Below, piece after piece: positions 32,979 through 42,848 of a stretch of DNA of 64,000 bases. The translations under genes were made by a program, and so were the position numbers. Source of the DNA: Methanobacteriota archaeon (GTDB lineage: Archaea > Methanobacteriota > Methanobacteria > Methanobacteriales > Methanobacteriaceae); the NCBI GenBank assembly GCA_963787255.1, contig CAWBCJ010000029.1, forward strand, positions 736,001 through 800,000. The letters run 5' to 3'. The notes below the pieces were generated by a model. It had not been told where the DNA came from. It did not search any database and worked only from the letters and a program-made list of their open reading frames with translations. The first letter of the stretch is position 1; every line of letters begins with the position of its first letter.

Positions 32979-33350
32979 GTGATATTCTTGCCAAAAGAAG
33001 GATGGAAAAAATTGCCAAGAATAGAATTGGTGCCAATACCTGAAAATGTACATGTACCTAAAGATATACCTGTTTCTAAAATCCGTATTCCTTCAACATA
33101 TACTGAAGGAGACGTTGAATATGAGGATGGGGAAGGTAACCATGTAAATGAGAGCGAAGCTACTCATTTGAGATTTACCGGAATAGATAGGAGATCAGAT
33201 ATAGTTGTAGGTCCTTTAAATCCTCGAGGAATGATTAAATTAAACCTTTATCTTAATGACAAAGAAATACCAGTAGTGAAGGAAAAAGCATCACATAGTA
33301 AAAATAGGATACTTACTGAAGATTACAGACCACTAAGAAATCATGAATGA
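32979..33350 (+). CDS. Hypothetical protein
   Basis: 123-aa ORF 16 nt after the previous gene, same strand. Confidence 0.65.
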   Translation: MIFLPKEGWKKLPRIELVPIPENVHVPKDIPVSKIRIPSTYTEGDVEYEDGEGNHVNESEATHLRFTGIDRRSDIVVGPLNPRGMIKLNLYLNDKEIPVVKEKASHSKNRILTEDYRPLRNHE

Positions 33351-33457
33351 TCTAAATTAGTGCTTAAATTGCCTAAAAAGACAAAAGTTAAGGCAAGACA
33401 TACTTCTTCTTTTTTATTTACTAAAAGTTTAGTAAATAAAAAAAAATTTAGAGTAAA

Positions 33458-34774
33458 TTACCCAACAACCCTTAAAGAAGGCGCTAAAATACGTGGAATA
33501 ACAAAGGGCCCCAGTTGCCTTGTTTCTCCTGAAATTCCGGATATTGCCTTCATGATGTTAAATATATTACCAGACAACATTGCCTTTTTAACTGGTTTAA
33601 CTATTTCTCCATTTTCTATTTTAAATGCATTGTTTGCTTCTACTGAAAAATCACCTGAAATTGGGTTAGCTGTATGCGCTCCTAAAACATCTGTAGCAAT
33701 TATACCTTCTTTTATGTCTGAAATATCCATAAGATCGTCAAATTCAAAGATAAAATTACTTAAGCCAACTGCGGGCATGTCTGCAAATGAGGAACGCATT
33801 CCGTTACCTGTGCTTTTAGTATTCCCTTTTTTAGATGTATATATGTCATAGATGAAGTTTTTAAGGACTCCATTTTCAATAAGCGTTGTTTTTTGGCTTT
33901 TTGTTCCTTCCCCGTCGCTTATTGAAGAACCTAAACCTCCTTCATATGTTCCATCATCATAAATACTTAAAGAGCTGGAAATTACTTCGTTTCCAATTTC
34001 ATTTGCATAAATAGATCTTCCCCTTTGAACGTTATCCGCGTTAAAAGCGTTGATAAATGAACCCAAAAGTCCTGCTGCTGCCCTATAATCCAGAACAACT
34101 GCCATATCTTTAGTTTCAACTGATTTACCATTCAGTGATTTTTTTGCAATGTCGCTGGCGTTAAAAGCAATCCAGTCAGGGTTAATATCAAATGATCTTG
34201 ACGAATCACCTTCATAAGCAGTGGACATTACTCCATCTGCCTCTGCATTAACTGCAATAAAACCAGAAAAGGAAGATGATTTATCGTTACATTCTACTCC
34301 TTTTGAATTTAAAATAAGGCTTTTATAACATCCTGCAGAAAATCCTCCTGAAGTTGGTTCGCATTTCTCCTCTTCAACCACACTTATCATGGTTTTGGCA
34401 AATTTAATAGAGTCTTCAATGGCCATTGTTTCGATCTTTTTATCGTAGAGGCCTTTAACTGTACTATATTTAGTTTCTTCTGCAAAATCGAAGTAATTAT
34501 CTGCAATGTTAGATTTTGCATTGAATATGGCGTTTTTCACGGTTTCATTAATTTTATCGGTGTTTGTGGTGTATGAAAACCCCATTTTACCCTCTAAAAT
34601 TACTCTTATTCCTATTCCGTATGTAAATTCTTCTTTTGCAAATTTTACTTCATTATTTTGAATATCAACATCTATACTATTTTCTTTTTCCATATAGACT
34701 TCAGCATAATCAGAATTTTTTAAAGCAAGATTCAAAGCATTTTCTGCAAGATCTATCACATTTAAAACCTCCAT
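33458..34774 (-). CDS. TldD/PmbA family protein (PmbA/TldE type)
   Basis: GIGIRV...GK.GFSYT, D.EG......LIENGVL, STGNG.R, GAHTANPISGDFSV; no HExxxH. Likely start is GTG 34759. Confidence 0.9.
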   Translation of the reverse strand: MEVLNVIDLAENALNLALKNSDYAEVYMEKENSIDVDIQNNEVKFAKEEFTYGIGIRVILEGKMGFSYTTNTDKINETVKNAIFNAKSNIADNYFDFAEETKYSTVKGLYDKKIETMAIEDSIKFAKTMISVVEEEKCEPTSGGFSAGCYKSLILNSKGVECNDKSSSFSGFIAVNAEADGVMSTAYEGDSSRSFDINPDWIAFNASDIAKKSLNGKSVETKDMAVVLDYRAAAGLLGSFINAFNADNVQRGRSIYANEIGNEVISSSLSIYDDGTYEGGLGSSISDGEGTKSQKTTLIENGVLKNFIYDIYTSKKGNTKSTGNGMRSSFADMPAVGLSNFIFEFDDLMDISDIKEGIIATDVLGAHTANPISGDFSVEANNAFKIENGEIVKPVKKAMLSGNIFNIMKAISGISGETRQLGPFVIPRILAPSLRVVG

Positions 34775-34792
34775 TTCAAATATACTCTGCTA

Positions 34793-35464
34793 TTATTTCT
34801 TGTTAAGAATGAATTTCTCAATTGCTTCTGCAGTTCCATCGCCGTATGGTTTGCGAGTTACATAGTCAGTATTTTCTTTAAGCTCTTCATCTGCATTGGC
34901 AACAGCTACTTTAAACCCTGCAACTTCAAGGAACTCCGAATCGTTTTCGCTGTCTCCAACGGCCATTATTTCATCGAGGGTGATGCCCATATCCTTAGCA
35001 ACGATTTCTAGTGACTTTCCCTTGTTAACTTTAGGGTCTGTAAGGTGTAATGCAAATTTCGTGTCATAAACTTCAACATCAAAGTCTTTCACAGTTTTCT
35101 TTACGGTATTCACATCAATCGTTCTTCTTATAGCAATTTCAGACATTCTGAGGTCTGAAAATTCAACTTTTTCCACGTCATATTTTGATTTCAGGAATTC
35201 ATAGGCAGGTTTGCATTTTTTGATGTTTCCAATAATTTGATTTTTTTTACGTGTTTGTATAACTCCACCATTTTCACCAACAATTCCACCGGATGTACCT
35301 ACCATTATTGCCACCATCTTGGCTGCGCAGAGTATATTTCCGGTCACTAAAATGATAGGGTAACCATTAATTTCCGCTTTTCTGATGACATTAATTGCAT
35401 TTACACATATTTTTCTATTTTTATCGGTGATTGTACCGTCTATGTCTACAGCAATTGCTTTCAT
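34793..35464 (-). CDS. HAD-family phosphoglycolate phosphatase (archaeal SPP-like)
   Basis: DIDGTIT, VTGN, ENGG, NKG, GDSEND, VANA; start set at ATG 35464. Confidence 0.92.
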   Translation of the reverse strand: MKAIAVDIDGTITDKNRKICVNAINVIRKAEINGYPIILVTGNILCAAKMVAIMVGTSGGIVGENGGVIQTRKKNQIIGNIKKCKPAYEFLKSKYDVEKVEFSDLRMSEIAIRRTIDVNTVKKTVKDFDVEVYDTKFALHLTDPKVNKGKSLEIVAKDMGITLDEIMAVGDSENDSEFLEVAGFKVAVANADEELKENTDYVTRKPYGDGTAEAIEKFILNKK

Positions 35465-35588
35465 TATATACTTTACTCCAATCTTTTCATTTTGAAACAA
35501 ATTATGATAGTTGAATTATGAATAAAATAACTTGTCTACCTGTATATTTCTGATTTTCATACAATAGCTTTCAATTTGTAAAGCCCCA

Positions 35589-36638
35589 TTAGAATGTTGA
35601 TCCATATCTAAATGCAATATTACATGTTCCTTCTTTACTGACCATACACGCACCAATTGGGTTCATAGGGTTACATTGTGTTTTAAATAGGGTACATTCT
35701 TCTGGTCTTGCCACTCCCCGTAAAATTGGGCCGCATATACAACCTGTTGGAACTTTTTCACCCTGTACGACCTGAATATCAAACCTCTCTCGGGCATTAG
35801 CATTTGAAAATTCGTCCCTTATTTCATAGGTGGAATTTGGAATTTCAGGAAAACCTCTCCATTCTTTATCTTTGATGTAAAAGACTTCATCCATGAGTTC
35901 CTGCGCTTTTAAGTTACCTTCTTCTCTTACAGCTCGCTTATATTCGTTTTGGACTTCTGCTTTTCCTTCATCAAGCTGTTTTAATATCATATAAATTCCT
36001 ATTAGTATATCAAATGGATTAAAACCGGCAACAACCTGAGGAATTCCATATTTTTCCGAAAATTCATTATAGGGGTGTGTTCCTATTATTGTTGATACAT
36101 GACCCGGTTCTATGAGGGCGTTAAGATTAACTTCGCCCGATTCAATTAAGAATTTCAAAGCTGGGGGAATTAGACGGTGACATGATAAAAATGATAAATT
36201 GTTTGGAGGGCCAGAAACTATTTCAGATGCTGTTGTGGGTGCAGTGGTTTCAAAACCTGCAGCCATGAATACTACCTCGTTATCAATTTTTTCTGCTATT
36301 TCCACGGCATTGTTAACTCCATAAACTATCCTTACATCTGCACCATCAGCTTTGGCATCGGCAAGTGTTCCTGTTGTTCCAGGAACCCTTAACATGTCCC
36401 CAAAAGTTGCAATAGTAACGCCTTCCCGGGCAAGATAAAGACATTCATCTACTTCTATGGAAGGAACGCAACAGACAGGGCAACCGGGGCCCGCAACTAC
36501 TTCAACTTCCTTTGGAATTAATGATCTTATTCCGTACTGCATTATGGTATGCTCGTGAGATCCACACACATGCATGATTTTAACTGGCCTTCTGATATTT
36601 TCAATGCGTTTTACTATTTCCTTGGATAGATTTTTCAT
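35589..36638 (-). CDS. hypD: [NiFe]-hydrogenase maturation protein HypD
   Basis: HVCGSHE, GPGCPVC, GFETTAP, PGHVS, C-terminal Fe-S Cys (CICG...ECTLF...C...GACMVS.EGTC). Confidence 0.97.
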   Translation of the reverse strand: MKNLSKEIVKRIENIRRPVKIMHVCGSHEHTIMQYGIRSLIPKEVEVVAGPGCPVCCVPSIEVDECLYLAREGVTIATFGDMLRVPGTTGTLADAKADGADVRIVYGVNNAVEIAEKIDNEVVFMAAGFETTAPTTASEIVSGPPNNLSFLSCHRLIPPALKFLIESGEVNLNALIEPGHVSTIIGTHPYNEFSEKYGIPQVVAGFNPFDILIGIYMILKQLDEGKAEVQNEYKRAVREEGNLKAQELMDEVFYIKDKEWRGFPEIPNSTYEIRDEFSNANARERFDIQVVQGEKVPTGCICGPILRGVARPEECTLFKTQCNPMNPIGACMVSKEGTCNIAFRYGSTF

Positions 36639-37298
36639 GTTAACACCTTGATTTATTTTGTTTCATTGTAATATTTGCTAAATACCTTTTTATTATGAAT
36701 TTAATGATTTAATATCCTTTATATTGTATTTAAAATTATTTTTTAGTTTATGAATTTAAATTTAATTATTCATTTTATTAATTTTATAATTTGTCAATAC
36801 ATTGTTATATAATTGATTCCGTAGTGTATAATGGGGGTTTAATTTGGAATTAATTCATTTTTTAATGAATATTAAGCGTTTATAACTTAAAAAAGTGAAA
36901 ATTTTAGTTTTATATATATTTGAATTTCAAAATTTGAAATAGGTTTATAAGCATTGAAAATATATGGTTTTAAAAATTAACATTCCTTTGACTAATGGAG
37001 ATTTCTATAAAATTGTAATACTATAAAAAAATTTATTATTATTGAAGACAATAATAGTATAACAGGGTTGTATGGCTTTTACAGTAATTAATGATGAAAA
37101 ATCAGTAAATGAATATATAATAACTTGATTATGTAATAAAAATACATAATTTTTTATTATATTGCCTATAAATCACCACAAATTGGTGGAATTTAGGTGA
37201 ATTCAAGCGTTACAGTTAAATATCTTTATTATAAATCTATTTTAAAAGCCTTTATTATAATAATCATAGCAACCTTTAAGATATAATCGGTAGGTAAT

Positions 37299-40097
37299 AT
37301 GAAAATTGCAGTGGTCGGATTGGGAACAGAAGGTAAGAATGCTGTAAAATCCCTTATTAATCATGGATATAAAGTTTATGCTTCTGATATGCAAAAAAAT
37401 GTAGAATTAAACCATAACACGGCTTTAGATGTTGATCTTGGCTACCATGATTATGATAAAATTGATTCTGCAGACGCAGTAGTAGTAAGTCCCAGTTTAT
37501 GGAGCAGTAAAATTGGGAAAAAAATAAGATCCAATAAAAAAGCTTTATCTGACATTATAGCAGATCATAAGTCTGTTTTTACAATAGGAATAACTGGAAC
37601 CAACGGTAAAACAACTACTTGCTACATGATTAAAGAAATACTTGAAAAGGCAGGTTTAAATGTCCTCGTTGGTGGAAATGCAGGTGGAGGGTTCGATGGA
37701 TATACGAAACTCATTCTGGAAACTTCTAATCAAAAATATGACGTTATGGTAGTAGAAGTATGTGACATGACCCTTGAATTCTGCTCTTATGCATTTGACT
37801 TTGACCTCGTAGTTGTAACAAATATAGGCCAAGACCATATGGACTATCATAATTCACTTGAAAATTACAAAAATTCTTTATCCAATTTTTTAAAGGGAAA
37901 AACAGCGATATTAAACGGTGAAGACGAACTTTTAACCCAAATTAAAGAATATCCCTCTGAAACGGTATTTTTTGGAAATACGGAAGAAAAACTTAATTTA
38001 TTCGGCAAATTTAACCTGCAAAATGCTGCAGCAGCAGAAAAAGTTGCACAATTTTTAGACATATCCCAATATGACATTCAAAAAGCACTGGAAGAATTTA
38101 AAGGCGTTAAAGGAAGAACTACAACTTTAAATATTTCAGGGTGCGACATCATTGTGGGCAAAACTGACAATATTGACGCAGCAGAAGCAGTCCTTAACGA
38201 ATTAGATTTTGACGTAATTATAATTGGCACACCTAGAGAAAATGAAACATGCCGATTTGAAATATTAACGGAAGTAGCTAGATCTAATCCAAAAATAGTG
38301 GTTCTATTTCCAGGATTGGAAGATACAACAGATATAGCATTTGAAAAATTAATAAGCGAGGGCTATGATGGAGATATCAAAATAATGGAAAGCACTGCAG
38401 ATATCATAGATTTTACAATGGAATGCAGCGAAAAGTATGAAGATATATTCATTGGGGGAAATGGTCAAGAAAAACTAATAAAAATACAGGAAACATTACA
38501 GTGGTTAACAAAGGATGATATCGTGATTACGGGTAAAAATGTACTGATAATAGGCGCCGGAAATGCAGGAAGACCTGCAGCAGACCTTTTAAACTATTTA
38601 GGCAATGATGTTATTATTTCTGATATTAAAGAGTTCACCCAACTACCCAAAAAAGCACAGAAAAAAATTGAAACCTTAAAAGCAAAGGGTATTGCTGTAG
38701 AACTAGGTACTCACATGAATGAGCACGCAATGTGGGCTGATGTGGTTTTTATCTCACCTAACGTCCCTAAAAATTCTGAAATTCGAAATTTCATTTATAA
38801 ATGCGAAGAAAACTATGAAATCAAGGAAATCGGTACTGAAGACATTGGAAGGATGATAAATTCCCTTATAAATATTCCAATGATTGGTATTGCCGGAACT
38901 GACGGTAAAACCACCACCACCAACATGACTAATTATACATTAGCTGATAAATATAAGACCCTAATTTTCTCATCCCTCCAGAATTCTCTTGTTATTGAAG
39001 GTCTGGTTGACTTAATTGTGGAAAATGGAACTGGAAGCACAGATTTCGCTGTTTTTGAACTTCCTCATGGTACTATAAGGATGGTAAACGGACTTGAAGT
39101 CTGCGTAGGAATTTTAACTAATCTCACGCCAGATCACATGGATGAATTTAACACTTACGAAGAATATGTGGAAAGAAATGTTGCTATAAAAGATTTACTC
39201 CATGAAAATGGGGTTTTAATTGCAAACGGCGACGATCCCATTATCAGTAGATTGGCCCCTAAATTTGAAAAAGAAGTGATTTACTACGGGTTCGATGAAC
39301 CTCGAGAAATAATAAATGAAGGTAAAACTTACGCTCATAAACATAATATTGAATACTCAATTTTAGCAGAAGATATGGAACTTAAAGGACTTTATGGCTC
39401 AGAATTCACCATTAAAACAGGAAAAATACCTACCGTAGTCTGTAAAAACTGCGGTAAAATGTGCTGCAGCTGTAATAACTTTAAAAGAAAGTATATAGAA
39501 CCAATAAATATGAGAATAAATCTTAAAGTGCCGGGTTCATGCAACATAGAAAATGCAATGGCCACATTCGCTGCAGATCTGGCTCTTGACTTTGATCCAG
39601 AATACATTAAAGACAAAATTGAAAAATTCCCTGGTGTAAACGGTAGATTTGAAAAAATTGACACTGTAGATCATGTCAACGTATTCATGGACGCAGCACA
39701 CAATCCAGAGGCCATGGAACGTCTTCTGGACGGCTTGAACCTTGAAGAAAGACTAATAATATCTGTAGATAATCCTGACACCCTTACTGTACGTGATAAA
39801 TTTAAAATCGGCAGCATACTTGGAAAATATGCAGACGTGCTTATTGCAAGTGCAAAGAACGAAACCACAGAAGAAATAGATTTTGATGCTGCAAAAACAG
39901 TAATTGAGGGTGCAAGTAATTTAGAATCATATCAGACTATCAACGTAGCAGAGTCAATTTTAAAGGCATTGAAAATTGCAAATAAAGGGGATACTGTAAT
40001 TCATATAGGTCCCGGAGTTGTAAACGCATACGAAAATGTGAAATCAGGGATATATGATGGTATAGAAGCTTATAAAAAGCTTAAACCCTCAAGTTAA
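37299..40097 (+). CDS. Fusion of two complete Mur-family peptide ligases (putative pseudomurein ligases)
   Basis: Module 1 (aa 1-408): GLGTEG, GITGTNGKTTT, TNIGQDHMD, N.ED, NLQNA, GVKGR. Module 2 (aa 409-932): GAGNAG, GIAGTDGKTTT, TNLTPDHMD, NGDD, CKNC..CCSC, GVNGRFE, DAAHNP. Confidence 0.9.
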   Translation: MKIAVVGLGTEGKNAVKSLINHGYKVYASDMQKNVELNHNTALDVDLGYHDYDKIDSADAVVVSPSLWSSKIGKKIRSNKKALSDIIADHKSVFTIGITGTNGKTTTCYMIKEILEKAGLNVLVGGNAGGGFDGYTKLILETSNQKYDVMVVEVCDMTLEFCSYAFDFDLVVVTNIGQDHMDYHNSLENYKNSLSNFLKGKTAILNGEDELLTQIKEYPSETVFFGNTEEKLNLFGKFNLQNAAAAEKVAQFLDISQYDIQKALEEFKGVKGRTTTLNISGCDIIVGKTDNIDAAEAVLNELDFDVIIIGTPRENETCRFEILTEVARSNPKIVVLFPGLEDTTDIAFEKLISEGYDGDIKIMESTADIIDFTMECSEKYEDIFIGGNGQEKLIKIQETLQWLTKDDIVITGKNVLIIGAGNAGRPAADLLNYLGNDVIISDIKEFTQLPKKAQKKIETLKAKGIAVELGTHMNEHAMWADVVFISPNVPKNSEIRNFIYKCEENYEIKEIGTEDIGRMINSLINIPMIGIAGTDGKTTTTNMTNYTLADKYKTLIFSSLQNSLVIEGLVDLIVENGTGSTDFAVFELPHGTIRMVNGLEVCVGILTNLTPDHMDEFNTYEEYVERNVAIKDLLHENGVLIANGDDPIISRLAPKFEKEVIYYGFDEPREIINEGKTYAHKHNIEYSILAEDMELKGLYGSEFTIKTGKIPTVVCKNCGKMCCSCNNFKRKYIEPINMRINLKVPGSCNIENAMATFAADLALDFDPEYIKDKIEKFPGVNGRFEKIDTVDHVNVFMDAAHNPEAMERLLDGLNLEERLIISVDNPDTLTVRDKFKIGSILGKYADVLIASAKNETTEEIDFDAAKTVIEGASNLESYQTINVAESILKALKIANKGDTVIHIGPGVVNAYENVKSGIYDGIEAYKKLKPSS

Positions 40098-40118
40098 CAG
40101 AAAAACGGATTTATTTTT

Positions 40119-41636
40119 ATGAAGGTGCAAGGATCCAAAATCGTAGTTATTGGTGGTTGTGGGACTGTTGGCAGTTTAATGGCCAGAATTTTAAAGGATA
40201 ACGGTGCAGATGTAACAGTATCTGACCTTTCAACCCAAAGCCCGCAAATAAAGATACTTAAAAAAGAAGGAATAAAACTTAATCTTGGTGAACACGACGA
40301 AGAACTCTTAAAGAATGCTGATATAATTGCGGTGGCTCCAAGCTTACTTAAAAACCCTAAATTAATGGAAAGAATAAAAAATTCCACAAATTCAGATATA
40401 ATAAGTGTAGACGAAATTTTAAAATTTTGTGACGTTAATAAACCTGTTGTAGGAATAACAGGTACCAATGGGAAGACCACTACCACATGGATGCTTAAAA
40501 ACATCCTAAAACATGCAGGACGTAAAGTTCCAGAACATGGAATGGATATACAAGGTAATACGGACTTAATTCCATCATTACAAGCTAGACTAGATGGTAA
40601 TACTGCTGTTTTGGAGATAGGCACTTTTGGTAATCCTAACGAGATAAAAAAATCTGCAGTAAACTCTAAAGTTAGTATAGGAATTATAACTAACATATCC
40701 AAAGATCATTTAACTAATTCAGGGAAATTTTCAGATTATATTAAGTGCAAAAGCGAGATGGTTGAAGCAGCGGATATATTAATTTTTAATGCAGATGATC
40801 CAGTGATTGCATGCTTTGAATTAGGTAAAAAGCCAGATAATAGCTTATTTTATGGTATAGAGCATGTAAATTTTGATGTTGAAGCTTACCCTGAAAAAAG
40901 GAGATGTCCACTTTGTAGTATAGATCTTGAATATTCAATTCATTATCTAGGCCATCTTGGTGTTTATGAATGTTCCTGTGGATTTAAAAGGCCAAATACT
41001 CATGTAAAAGCTTATGATATTCATGATGATGAATTTATCCTGGCTATTGGCTCCAAAGAGGCAAGAATCAAATTAAAAAATAGAGGAATTCATAATGTTT
41101 ATAATTCACTTGCAGCGGCATGCGGAGCAATGGCATTAAATGTCGATTTTGAAGATATAGTAAAGGGTATTGAAAGTTTTGAGGGAGTAAAAGGTAGATT
41201 CCAAGAAATAGATATTGGAAACAGGGTTATAATAGATTATGCCCATAATCCTGCAGGTGTTAGGGCTATAATTCAGACTATGACTTTAGAAAAGCCAGAA
41301 AATTCAAGATTAATTGTTGTAAATACGATATCTTCTGAAAGCGGAATTGATGGAGATATGGAAATAGCAAAAATATTAAAAGATGTAGATATTATAATAG
41401 TAGCATCAAATGCAAGTAGAATTATTTTGAAAGAGATGAATGTTGATAGTCAAGTTATATTCACTGAATCAAGCAAAAAGAGCTCTAAAAATGGGACTTT
41501 AGGTGCAAGTAAGGAGCAAGTTGAAGAAAGCATAATTAAGGCCATTTCTATAGCTCAAAAAGATGATATCATACTGGTAATAGGGGAAGGAGGAGTGAGA
41601 TATTCTACCGAAATACTTGAAAAATTCGAAAATTAG
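40119..41636 (+). CDS. Mur-family peptide ligase (pMurC-like, with Zn-binding insertion)
   Basis: GGCGTVG, GITGTNGKTTT, TNISKDHL, NADDP, CPLC...CSC, HNVYN, GVKGRF, DYAHNP. Confidence 0.9.
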   Translation: MKVQGSKIVVIGGCGTVGSLMARILKDNGADVTVSDLSTQSPQIKILKKEGIKLNLGEHDEELLKNADIIAVAPSLLKNPKLMERIKNSTNSDIISVDEILKFCDVNKPVVGITGTNGKTTTTWMLKNILKHAGRKVPEHGMDIQGNTDLIPSLQARLDGNTAVLEIGTFGNPNEIKKSAVNSKVSIGIITNISKDHLTNSGKFSDYIKCKSEMVEAADILIFNADDPVIACFELGKKPDNSLFYGIEHVNFDVEAYPEKRRCPLCSIDLEYSIHYLGHLGVYECSCGFKRPNTHVKAYDIHDDEFILAIGSKEARIKLKNRGIHNVYNSLAAACGAMALNVDFEDIVKGIESFEGVKGRFQEIDIGNRVIIDYAHNPAGVRAIIQTMTLEKPENSRLIVVNTISSESGIDGDMEIAKILKDVDIIIVASNASRIILKEMNVDSQVIFTESSKKSSKNGTLGASKEQVEESIIKAISIAQKDDIILVIGEGGVRYSTEILEKFEN

Positions 41637-42786
41637 TTTGTTAATACTTATTTTACTGGCAGTGGCCATGTATCCATTTGGAAACGCTATAAGTGGATAT
41701 TACCCTCCACAAGGACCAACTGAAATCACCTCTTTAAATCTGGGCGATACAGTTGTAGCAGGAACATATGTTGTAGATGATAGCAAACTTAGAAAAGTTC
41801 CAATATTGTATCATCCAGAATATTTGCTGGATTATGTTAATGATATGAGAATAGCTGATTTTATAGATGCATTGTTAACTGGAACCGTTAAAATGCCGAT
41901 TGGAAGGATTACTGGTAGCACTATATCTACAGCCGGTATTGCTCAGGGATTCGAGGGTCCGGGAGTTCTTGCCCTCACTGAGAATAAATTAACTGTAAAT
42001 CCTCCAGGTAATTTTGTTTATGGATATAAAAGCCCTTACACATTTGGAATTAAAACAAAAGATGGTTTAGAGATTAAAGAAGGAAAAACAACCATTAAAA
42101 TAGTACCTTACGATCAGATAAGCAATGAAACTGTGCCTCATACTTACGTAAGCGCAAACAACATTAAAAAATGGTTTAACAGTGCAGGAATTGGTGAACG
42201 TATAACTTTAGATTATGCCATTGCCAATTTTAATGATGGAAGAAGTTTGGTAAATCCAGAAAATATCCAAAAATTCTTTGGGGATGACCTGATAACTTAT
42301 ATGAAAAATTATGGTGTAGGGTTGCCAGTACTTGTTTATGCTGGAAATGTAACTGAAAAAGTCATTGGAAATGGTGGGGATTCGCTTGGATCTTTTCCGG
42401 AATATAATGATGCAATTAGAGAGGGAAATTCACGTGAATTTGTAGAGGCATGGAATGGAACTATAATTCCACCACATACTACTTCATCAGGTAAAGAAAC
42501 TGTTGGATTTGGAAGATCTCCTGACCCTCATGCTCCTGGAGGATGGGCTTCTCACGGTGTTTGCCCAGCAGCAAGAACATTGAGAGGCGCGACATCTCAA
42601 GCAGGATTTGGACTTCCAACAGGCCTAACGTGGGGTGAATATGCTGTGCAATTTGGATTTAATCCTGCAACAGGTGTTAAAGTCACAAACACTAAAAATT
42701 ATCCTGTAAAAATCATTATGTGGACAGAAGGATCTGGACCGGGTATGGCTATATATGCGAAGGTTATTGGACTCGTACCTCAATAG
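41617..42786 (+). CDS. Secreted/membrane-anchored protein with a VanW-like C-terminal domain
   Basis: Basic-hydrophobic N-terminus; WNGTIIPP, SHGVCPAARTL and VKVTNTKNYPVKI resemble the VanW GGGVCQ.S.TL and LKF.N...YPI.I segments; overlaps the upstream ligase by 20 nt. Confidence 0.7.
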   Translation: MKNSKISLLILILLAVAMYPFGNAISGYYPPQGPTEITSLNLGDTVVAGTYVVDDSKLRKVPILYHPEYLLDYVNDMRIADFIDALLTGTVKMPIGRITGSTISTAGIAQGFEGPGVLALTENKLTVNPPGNFVYGYKSPYTFGIKTKDGLEIKEGKTTIKIVPYDQISNETVPHTYVSANNIKKWFNSAGIGERITLDYAIANFNDGRSLVNPENIQKFFGDDLITYMKNYGVGLPVLVYAGNVTEKVIGNGGDSLGSFPEYNDAIREGNSREFVEAWNGTIIPPHTTSSGKETVGFGRSPDPHAPGGWASHGVCPAARTLRGATSQAGFGLPTGLTWGEYAVQFGFNPATGVKVTNTKNYPVKIIMWTEGSGPGMAIYAKVIGLVPQ

Positions 42787-42848
42787 GGAATTCATTTCCC
42801 TTAAATCTTCATTTTTTATTAATTTAAAATAGTTTAAAGAGGTTTTAT

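Noticed and set aside
33360-33851. 163-aa plus-strand ORF
   Set aside because: Mostly antisense to pmbA; shadow frame.
37058-37072. TATAAC-AGG-GTTGTA as a fourth copy of the shared palindrome
   Set aside because: Spacer is 3 nt rather than 4 and there is a mismatch; not counted.
40094-40702. 202-aa minus-strand ORF
   Set aside because: Antisense shadow of the Mur ligase.
37299-41636. Mur ligases as horizontally acquired bacterial peptidoglycan genes, CfbE or poly-gamma-glutamate synthetase
   Set aside because: Composition and RBS style match the host, no bacterial dcw, cfb or capC neighbours are present, and the clustered Rossmann-domain ligases fit the pseudomurein set.
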